Source: an uncultured Pseudobdellovibrionaceae bacterium
Lineage (GTDB): Bacteria > Pseudomonadota > Alphaproteobacteria > UBA2400
Length of the DNA: 39,509 nucleotides
Reading direction: 5' to 3'
NCBI GenBank assembly: GCA_964429685.1
Contig: CAYSDE010000002.1
Location: 1 to 39,509, forward strand
The notes beneath the pieces are model-generated. The model was not told the DNA's origin and ran no database searches. It saw only the letters and a list, made by a program, of their open reading frames with translations. Shown here in pieces: positions 1-6,640 of this stretch (position 1 is its first letter; every line of letters starts with the position of its first letter). The position numbers and the translations under genes were made by a program.

Positions 1-592
1 CGCGGGTGCCGTGCGCGGGATCAAGCGCCAGCGTCAGCCGGTCGAGAAAACGGCGGCGATGAGAAGGGCTCTCCGTCCACAGCCGGTCCATTGCCGGAGT
101 CAGCCAGTTGAGCGCCAGATGAGCCGAGAAAGCGGGCGGACTGGCTTTCTGACCGTCAATCACCACCACCCGGCGGGACGAGTCCGGTGTAGCCGGATCA
201 CGACCGGTGCCGAGCTGGATACTCAGCCCCCCTCCCGCCTCGCTACGCTCGGTATCCTCCCCCGCAAGCGGGAGAGGGGAAGAAAGCACCGCCCCATTTC
301 CCTCTCCCGCTTGCGGGGGAGGGTTAGGGAGGGGGCCCTTTATTCGGGGTTCTGTCAGTCGCGCTGACACCGCCCACGGCACTGCACACCCGAACTTCTG
401 GAACTCGGCAAGCTTTGCCCCCCGCAGCCCCCGCCCCGGCGCCAACAGGCTGATTGCCTCCATCACATTGGTCTTGCCCGCCCCATTCTGCCCGGTCAGC
501 ACAACACAGCCGGGTGCTAGCTCCAGCTGCGTATGGTCATAGCTGCGGAAAGCAGTGAGGGTGAGAGTGTTAAGAAAAGGCCGGTTAACCAT
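1..592 (-). CDS. recF: RecF, 5' portion of the gene; the 3' end runs off the window start
   Basis: The reverse frame is open from the window edge to ATG at 592-590. It is absent from the ORF track because there is no stop in the window. Translation MVNRPFLNTLTLTAFRSYDHTQLELAPGCVVLTGQNGAGKTNVMEAISLL... carries the RecF N-terminal FRSY motif and Walker A GQNGAGKT. Bases 1-565 match 1065-1629. Confidence 0.75.
   Translation of the reverse strand, partial: MVNRPFLNTLTLTAFRSYDHTQLELAPGCVVLTGQNGAGKTNVMEAISLLAPGRGLRGAKLAEFQKFGCAVPWAVSARLTEPRIKGPLPNPPPQAGEGNGAVLSSPLPLAGEDTERSEAGGGLSIQLGTGRDPATPDSSRRVVVIDGQKASPPAFSAHLALNWLTPAMDRLWTESPSHRRRFLDRLTLALDPAHGTR
227..334 (-). repeat. 108-bp nested-palindrome (RPE/MITE-like) element in frame inside recF copy 1
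   Basis: Same sequence as 1291-1398. It has two mutually reverse-complementary arms, cctcccccgcaagcgggagaggg and ccctctcccgcttgcgggggagg, each itself a hairpin. The ends are cccccctccc and gggaggggg. Confidence 0.7.
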
Positions 593-711
593 GACAAAAC
601 GACCATAAAAGGGAATGCAGACACAAACAAGCGCGATTGTTGTTGCTTTGGTGTGGGCAAATTCTCTAGGATACACCGTTTGGAAAACTTGGAAATTTCT
701 CTGGAGGAATC

Positions 712-972
712 ATGACCACCGTGTATTTGACTCGCACAGATAACGTCACGCAGATCCACCACGTGCACCCGCGCCTTAAGACCAGTTTTAAACGCTTGGC
801 TATAACAGCCACTAGCACAGTTGTCGGCTTGGCATTAGCTGTTCCTCTTATTGGGTATCAATTCCATGGACTAACGCCGATTCAGTCTTTCAAAGTCCTG
901 GCGCGTCCTTCGGCAAGCAGCCCGGCAGTTGTTCCAGTGCAATCGCCGAGACGCACATCACTGATGATCTGA
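712..972 (+). CDS. Hypothetical small single-pass membrane protein (86 aa)
   Basis: GGAGG Shine-Dalgarno lies 5 nt before ATG 712 (ctggaggaatcATG). There is one hydrophobic helix, ITATSTVVGLALAVPLIGY. It sits in the lower-GC spacer between the two recF copies, and its 3' end overlaps the recF' stop convergently. Confidence 0.35.
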   Translation: MTTVYLTRTDNVTQIHHVHPRLKTSFKRLAITATSTVVGLALAVPLIGYQFHGLTPIQSFKVLARPSASSPAVVPVQSPRRTSLMI

Positions 973-1656
973 TCCAGCGGTCACAAGTTCTGATACCCCG
1001 GCGTAGACAGGCCCATCTTTCAGCAGACGGTTGCGCTCGGCCAGCGCGTCTTCATAGCGGTTGACGCGGGTGCCGTGCGCGGGATCAAGCGCCAGCGTCA
1101 GCCGGTCGAGAAAACGGCGGCGATGAGAAGGGCTCTCCGTCCACAGCCGGTCCATTGCCGGAGTCAGCCAGTTGAGCGCCAGATGAGCCGAGAAAGCGGG
1201 CGGACTGGCTTTCTGACCGTCAATCACCACCACCCGGCGGGACGAGTCCGGTGTAGCCGGATCACGACCGGTGCCGAGCTGGATACTCAGCCCCCCTCCC
1301 GCCTCGCTACGCTCGGTATCCTCCCCCGCAAGCGGGAGAGGGGAAGAAAGCACCGCCCCATTTCCCTCTCCCGCTTGCGGGGGAGGGTTAGGGAGGGGGC
1401 CCTTTATTCGGGGTTCTGTCAGTCGCGCTGACACCGCCCACGGCACTGCACACCCGAACTTCTGGAACTCGGCAAGCTTTGCCCCCCGCAGCCCCCGCCC
1501 CGGCGCCAACAGGCTGATTGCCTCCATCACATTGGTTTTGCCAGCGCCATTCTGCCCGGTCAGCACAACACAGCCGGGGGCCAGCTCCAGCTGGGTATGG
1601 TCATAGCTGCGGAACGCAGTGAGGGTGAGGCTTGCGAGGTAAGAGACTGCCGTCAT
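958..1656 (-). pseudogene. recF: 3'-truncated second copy of recF (232 codons; RecF-like to about LLKDGPVY, then unrelated tail AGVSELVTAGSDHQ*)
   Basis: MTAVSYLASLTLTAFRSYDH...GQNGAGKT...HRRRFLDRLTLALDPAH...ERNRLLKDG matches the RecF N-terminal half. The C-terminal signature and Walker B half is absent. RecF is normally ~360-380 aa. Confidence 0.7.
1291..1398 (-). repeat. 108-bp nested-palindrome element in frame inside recF copy 2 (encodes PLPNPPPQAGEGNGAVLSSPLPLAGEDTERSEAGGG)
   Basis: It spans exactly 36 codons (aa 87-122 of the 232-aa ORF). These lie between WAVSARL and LSIQLGTGRD, where E. coli RecF has only a ~7-residue loop. It belongs to the same family as 1667-1774. Confidence 0.7.
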
Positions 1657-1666
1657 AAAAAGATGT

Positions 1667-1774
1667 CCCCCTCCCTAACCCTCCCCCGCTATGCGGGAGA
1701 GGGGACTACACGGTTTTCTTTGAGCCCTCTCCCGCGTAGCGGGGGAGGGTGACGAGCGAAGCGAGCCGGAGGGG
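1667..1774 (+). repeat. 108-bp nested-palindrome element, intergenic copy in the opposite orientation
   Basis: Sequence: ccccctccctaaccctcccccgcTATGcgggagagggg ... ccctctcccgcGTAGcgggggaggg ... ggagggg. It is colinear with the reverse complement of 1291-1398. Ends and stems are conserved while loops differ. Confidence 0.7.
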
Positions 1775-1889
1775 TCTTGTGGAACAAACTCGCTCTTTAC
1801 ACCCGCATGGGCATCAACAGACTCGGCGCTCTCAGCAAGAACAACATAGCCGGAAGCCCGTAAGAAATAAAAATCAAAACACTCTTCTT

Positions 1890-2666
1890 TTATGCGATCT
1901 CTTTGAGAAACTGAGAGCGAGCGTGATGGAGTTTGTCGGGATCGATACACTCTTTCAGTGCCTCAAGAACTTCATTGAAGTTACTCCAGAATCTCGAGTC
2001 ACGCGGGTGTCGTGAAAAAATAACCGGCCCAAATTCAGACGTTTTGACCCATTGAACAATACCATCTCCGGGGGAGGATTTCTTGTTCCCCTCAAAGTTG
2101 GGGAAAACTCCCGACTCAAGGAATTCACTCCAGCAATAATCATTACTCAGGAAAACCACAGCATCAAACTTGCCATGCTGGGCTAGCTCGTTGCGGATAT
2201 GGCGGGTACACATTTCGCTTTGTGCTGCAATCAGTTCCTGCTTGAAAGCCCCACCGGGGTTCCCTTGGAGAGGGGATATTTTCAATATATTGGACCAGCC
2301 AATGTGTTGGTAGAGTTGGGGCCAGAGATTGGTATCATAACGGTCTGCCCCTAAGAAATCAGCTATAACAGCCCGAGTTCCATACCAGAAAGAGGAGCGG
2401 GTTTTATTTGTGAATTGCCAATGAGCATGATCGACAGCATCGTCAAATTCGTCGGAATAACTCCAGTCTTCGCGCCAAGGGTTGTTTGCATACGCTTGGC
2501 CATAGAAGAGAATACGCAGATCACTGGCGTTATCCCGGGCATGAACGAAACTGGGGCGCGGAAAACAGATATTTTCACCGAGTGAGAATTTGTCTCGGAT
2601 TTGTTTTGCGGCATCAACAGCTTCAGAGAAATCGGCTTCCGACGTTAAGGAAATGGGTTTGGCCAT
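1890..2666 (-). CDS. Hypothetical protein (258 aa), possibly a divergent uracil-DNA-glycosylase-superfamily fold
   Basis: AAGGAG lies 7 nt upstream of ATG 2666, and the gene starts 33 nt after the dnaN stop. GC is lower than its neighbours (~45-50% by eye). Motif order resembles family-4 UDGs: ILFYGQAYAN (cf. vGEaPG/GQDPY), SNILKISPLQGNPG...C...L (cf. tNvvkCrPpgNR), VVFLSND (cf. ivlLG), FSRHPRDS (cf. HPS). The CDS call is solid; the function call is weak. Confidence 0.55.
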   Translation of the reverse strand: MAKPISLTSEADFSEAVDAAKQIRDKFSLGENICFPRPSFVHARDNASDLRILFYGQAYANNPWREDWSYSDEFDDAVDHAHWQFTNKTRSSFWYGTRAVIADFLGADRYDTNLWPQLYQHIGWSNILKISPLQGNPGGAFKQELIAAQSEMCTRHIRNELAQHGKFDAVVFLSNDYCWSEFLESGVFPNFEGNKKSSPGDGIVQWVKTSEFGPVIFSRHPRDSRFWSNFNEVLEALKECIDPDKLHHARSQFLKEIA

Positions 2667-2699
2667 GTTAATCTCCTTCGGTAGTAACTGTCGCCATTC

Positions 2700-3821
2700 T
2701 CACACCCGCATCGGCATCAAGACATACAGCGCTGAACTATCCCCGGCTTCGGAGACGATTGTTGGCGAGGCGGAATCGGCCAGCGTCAGCTGGGCGGCGT
2801 CGCCTTCGATCTGCTGGGTGATTTCGTAGAGGTAACGGCTGTTGAAGCCGATCTCCATCGGAGCCGATTCGTAGGACACTTCAATTTCCTCATCACCGGC
2901 ATTGCCGCCTTCGGCGCTGTTGGCCGACAGCTTGAGCGCACCCTTGGAGAGGGCCAGCTTGACCGCTCGGGTTTTTTCCGAGGAAATGGTGGCGACGCGA
3001 TCAACGGCAGAGGCAAAAATCTTGCTGTTGACCTGCAGCACCTTGTCGTTGCCGGAGGGAATAACCCGCTCGTAATCGGGGAAAGTGCCGTCGATCAGCT
3101 TGGTGGTCAGCACCAGACCGCCCACGGTCAGCCGGGCTTTGGTAGCAGAGAGGGCGAGGGTGATGTTGTCCGCGCCTTCCTCAAGCAGCTTGCGGATTTC
3201 GCCCACCGCTTTGCGCGGCAGGATGATTCCGGGCATCCCTTCGCCACCCTCGGGCAGCGGCACTTCCATGCGGGCGAGGCGGTGGCCATCGGTGGCGACA
3301 GCGCGCAGCACCTTGGTGCCGTGCGAGGTGGCCGCATGCAGATAGATACCGTTGAGATAATAGCGGGTTTCCTCGGTCGACATCGCAAATTTGGTACGGT
3401 CGATCAGGTGGATCAGACTGTCAACTGACAGCTTGATGCTGTGGGGTAGCTCACCGCCCGCCATTTGCGGAAAATCATCAACCGGCAGACAGCCAAGCTT
3501 GAAATGCGAGCGACCGGCCTTGATGGTCAGCTGGTCTTTGCCCGCCGGACAATCCAGTTCGACATCCGAGCCCTCGGGGAGCTTACGCACAATGTCATAC
3601 AGCATGGCGGCCGGGGCGGTGGTGGCGCCGGGCTGGGCGACATCGGCGCGCACCGTCTCGACAATCTCCAGCTCCATATCAGTGGCCGACAGGTGCAGGG
3701 CGCCCTTTTCCGCCTTGAGCAGAACATTGGCAAGTATCGGAATGGTATTGCGTTTTTCAACCACGCCCTGAGCATGGGCCAAAGCCTTCAACAGCGCGCC
3801 GCGATCAATGGTCAGTTTCAC
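2700..3821 (-). CDS. dnaN: DNA polymerase III beta sliding clamp, intact (373 aa)
   Basis: MKLTIDRGALLKALAHAQGVVEKRNTIPILANVLL...RYYLNGIYLH...LYVLMPMRV is the full-length DnaN pattern and has typical length. Confidence 0.93.
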   Translation of the reverse strand: MKLTIDRGALLKALAHAQGVVEKRNTIPILANVLLKAEKGALHLSATDMELEIVETVRADVAQPGATTAPAAMLYDIVRKLPEGSDVELDCPAGKDQLTIKAGRSHFKLGCLPVDDFPQMAGGELPHSIKLSVDSLIHLIDRTKFAMSTEETRYYLNGIYLHAATSHGTKVLRAVATDGHRLARMEVPLPEGGEGMPGIILPRKAVGEIRKLLEEGADNITLALSATKARLTVGGLVLTTKLIDGTFPDYERVIPSGNDKVLQVNSKIFASAVDRVATISSEKTRAVKLALSKGALKLSANSAEGGNAGDEEIEVSYESAPMEIGFNSRYLYEITQQIEGDAAQLTLADSASPTIVSEAGDSSALYVLMPMRV

Positions 3822-3891
3822 GGGTATCCTCCCCCAGAATGAACTTGTGGCGGATATAGCACGATTCCCGGAGAGTCAACGGATAGATTCA

Positions 3892-4416
3892 TCAGCCGCA
3901 GCGCCAACGTGCATAAAGAAAATCATCAACAATGTTGCCGCGCTGCCGGGTCCGGCCTTTCAGCACGGCTTCGCGGACGAAACCGGCCTTTTCCAGCACC
4001 CGCTGTGAGGCGGTGTTGTCGGGAAAGGTCAGGGCTTCCAGCCGGTTGAGCGACGGGTATTTTTCAAACAGGTGAGTGGCATAGGTGGAGAGGGCCAGCG
4101 TGGTGACACCCTGACTGCGGGCGCTCCGCCCGGTCCAGTAGCCGATTTCGGCGAAGACGGCACTGGGGCTGAAGCGGGAGACTATCCCCATCATGCCGAT
4201 CAGCCGGTCATTCTGGGTTAAGCAAAGCTGTGTGCTGTCTGTCCGCCCAACGTTGCTGAGGAGAAACTGCGCGGCATCGTCCTCCGTGTAGGGATGAGGA
4301 AAATTGTCTCCCACGCCATAAACCAGATCGGCATCATCAGCCTGCCGGACCAGATCAGCTTGATCCGTCGGGCGGAGCGGGCGCAGGGCATAGCCGGGGC
4401 GGGGCAGGGTGAGCAT
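3892..4416 (-). CDS. GNAT family N-acetyltransferase (RimJ/RimL-like), copy 1
   Basis: 174 aa. IGYWTGRSARSQGVTTLALSTYATHLF...LEALTFPDNTASQRVLEKAGF is the GNAT acetyl-CoA-binding core. Confidence 0.8.
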   Translation of the reverse strand: MLTLPRPGYALRPLRPTDQADLVRQADDADLVYGVGDNFPHPYTEDDAAQFLLSNVGRTDSTQLCLTQNDRLIGMMGIVSRFSPSAVFAEIGYWTGRSARSQGVTTLALSTYATHLFEKYPSLNRLEALTFPDNTASQRVLEKAGFVREAVLKGRTRQRGNIVDDFLYARWRCG

Positions 4417-5168
4417 GTTTTCCTCTTTTCCAAGGGTAGCCGTCCAGTGCGCCCTAAGGCAACAGGAAAACGGCCCCGGTGGAAAAATCTGGGTGCAGGG
4501 GCGAGGGTGATGTTGTCCGCGCCTTCCTCAAGCAGCTTGCGGATTTCGCCCACCGCTTTGCGCGGCAGGATGATTCCGGGCATCCCTTCGCCACCCTCGG
4601 GCAGCGGCACTTCCATGCGGGCGAGGCGGTGGCCATCGGTGGCGACAGCGCGCAGCACCTTGGTGCCGTGCGAGGTGGCCGCATGCAGATAGATACCGTT
4701 GAGATAATAGCGGGTTTCCTCGGTCGACATCGCAAATTTGGTACGGTCGATCAGGTGGATCAGACTGTCAACTGACAGCTTGATGCTGTGGGGTAGCTCA
4801 CCGCCCGCCATTTGCGGAAAATCATCAACCGGCAGACAGCCAAGCTTGAAATGCGAGCGACCGGCCTTGATGGTCAGCTGGTCTTTGCCCGCCGGACAAT
4901 CCAGTTCGACATCCGAGCCCTCGGGGAGCTTACGCACAATGTCATACAGCATGGCGGCCGGGGCGGTGGTGGCGCCGGGCTGGGCGACATCGGCGCGCAC
5001 CGTCTCGACAATCTCCAGCTCCATATCAGTGGCCGACAGGTGCAGGGCGCCCTTTTCCGCCTTGAGCAGAACATTGGCAAGTATCGGAATGGTATTGCGT
5101 TTTTCAACCACGCCCTGAGCATGGGCCAAAGCCTTCAACAGCGCGCCGCGATCAATGGTCAGTTTCAC
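4218..5168 (-). pseudogene. dnaN: Truncated dnaN copy: the first ~222 codons are identical to dnaN, then it reads out of frame across the duplication junction into the GNAT region
   Basis: Identical to 2700-3821 through ...EGADNITLA. After the junction at ~4499-4504 the tail is PAPRFFHRGRFPV... Only 4499-5168 is dnaN-derived. Confidence 0.8.
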
Positions 5169-5238
5169 GGGTATCCTCCCCCAGAATGAACTTGTGGCGG
5201 ATATAGCACGATTCCCGGAGAGTCAACGGATAGATTCA

Positions 5239-5763
5239 TCAGCCGCAGCGCCAACGTGCATAAAGAAAATCATCAACAATGTTGCCGCGCTGCCGGGTCC
5301 GGCCTTTCAGCACGGCTTCGCGGACGAAACCGGCCTTTTCCAGCACCCGCTGTGAGGCGGTGTTGTCGGGAAAGGTCAGGGCTTCCAGCCGGTTGAGCGA
5401 CGGGTATTTTTCAAACAGGTGAGTGGCATAGGTGGAGAGGGCCAGCGTGGTGACACCCTGACTGCGGGCGCTCCGCCCGGTCCAGTAGCCGATTTCGGCG
5501 AAGACGGCACTGGGGCTGAAGCGGGAGACTATCCCCATCATGCCGATCAGCCGGTCATTCTGGGTTAAGCAAAGCTGTGTGCTGTCTGTCCGCCCAACGT
5601 TGCTGAGGAGAAACTGCGCGGCATCGTCCTCCGTGTAGGGATGAGGAAAATTGTCTCCCACGCCATAAACCAGATCGGCATCATCAGCCTGCCGGACCAG
5701 ATCAGCTTGATCCGTCGGGCGGAGCGGGCGCAGGGCATAGCCGGGGCGGGGCAGGGTGAGCAT
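5239..5763 (-). CDS. GNAT family N-acetyltransferase, copy 2 (identical to 3892-4416)
   Basis: The 174-aa translation is identical to copy 1. Confidence 0.8.
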   Translation of the reverse strand: MLTLPRPGYALRPLRPTDQADLVRQADDADLVYGVGDNFPHPYTEDDAAQFLLSNVGRTDSTQLCLTQNDRLIGMMGIVSRFSPSAVFAEIGYWTGRSARSQGVTTLALSTYATHLFEKYPSLNRLEALTFPDNTASQRVLEKAGFVREAVLKGRTRQRGNIVDDFLYARWRCG

Positions 5764-5898
5764 GTTTTCCTCTTTTCCAAGGGTAGCCGTCCAGTGCGCC
5801 CTAAGGCAACAGGAAAACGGCCCCGGTGGAAAAATCTGGGTGCAGGGGCGATTTTTAGCTGACCGTGCAACCCTGCCGAGTTATAGTCGAGAGATGAG

Positions 5899-6516
5899 TT
5901 GCTCCCCCCCCCCCCCGCAAAGTGCGGCCCGATAGTACGGAAGAAAAGAGGCTTCAACCTGATTGAAGCCGCGATTGTGCTGGGTGTGATCGGGCTGGTA
6001 ATTGGCGGGATTTGGGTGGCGGCGGCGGCGGTTAACAGCCATATAAGGATAAACCGGGCGCTAGTTTCTATAGAACAAATTTTTGGCGGGTTGGACAGTT
6101 TGTATCAAGGCAGGCTCTCAGCATCTACCAATTACACATCTCTCTTAATGAGTTCAGGCGCTATAGCCGCAGACTTGGTGCAGAATGGTTCCGCCGTAGA
6201 TCCTTGGGGTGGATCACTGGATGTCCGCACACCATATCCCGGCGTTAGCAATGTTCTTCGGATTACTTTTGATAATGTCCCAAGTGGGGATTGCCTGAAG
6301 TTTGTATCAAAAGCAGCGGGGTCTCTGAACAGTGACGGGAGTACGTCAGGTATAAGGGGAATGACGGGTATCTCTGTGAACGGCTCGGGATACACATCCG
6401 TACTTGTTTTGAGTGGGGGGCTGCAGGCATTATTGTCTGCGTTTAAGGCGCGCTGTACATCGGCAAGTTCGGTGACAGTCAGATTTGAGTATGAGTATCC
6501 CCACTATAGTGATTAG
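5899..6516 (+). CDS. Type IV pilin/pseudopilin-like protein with a prepilin N-terminal methylation motif
   Basis: ...RKKRG|FNLIEAAIVLGVIGLVIGGIWVAAAAV is the class III signal peptide plus hydrophobic alpha1-N helix. There is a C-terminal Cys pair (GDCLKF / ARCTSA). The start is uncertain: TTG 5899 as drawn, while ATG 5894 is out of frame. GC is lower than the surroundings. Confidence 0.75.
   Translation: MLPPPPAKCGPIVRKKRGFNLIEAAIVLGVIGLVIGGIWVAAAAVNSHIRINRALVSIEQIFGGLDSLYQGRLSASTNYTSLLMSSGAIAADLVQNGSAVDPWGGSLDVRTPYPGVSNVLRITFDNVPSGDCLKFVSKAAGSLNSDGSTSGIRGMTGISVNGSGYTSVLVLSGGLQALLSAFKARCTSASSVTVRFEYEYPHYSD
5904..5916 (+). repeat. C13 homopolymer inside the pilin leader/5' end
   Basis: gct followed by 13 consecutive C, then gcaaag. 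It is read as LPPPP in the current frame. Confidence 0.9.
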
Positions 6517-6640
6517 ATCTGCACGAACAGATTTTCTTTGGCATTGCCTTCGCTAGTAGGCGCGTAATCACTGAAGGGTATACAATGTGACAGCCCGACA
6601 GCGTTCTCCCGTGTCTCCTGGCTAGACTTCACCAGACCGA

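Larger units (their letters stand above)
3152..5851. repeat. Direct tandem duplication, period 1347 bp (3152-4504 = 4499-5851)
   Basis: All ORFs in the two units are identical in the track. The hexamer GGGCGA is present at 3152, 4499 and 5846, which gives a microhomology junction. Confidence 0.9.

Noticed and set aside
1660-1780. The repeated hairpin motifs might be a CRISPR array.
   Set aside because: There are no regularly spaced direct repeats with unique spacers. The copies are inverted relative to each other, widely dispersed, and one is inside a coding frame.
1675-1950. A 91-aa ORF on the minus strand spans the intergenic palindromic element.
   Set aside because: Its sequence (…SPSPATRERAQRKPCSPLSRIAGEG) is just the translated repeat. 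There is no RBS and it overlaps the 3' end of the UDG-like gene.
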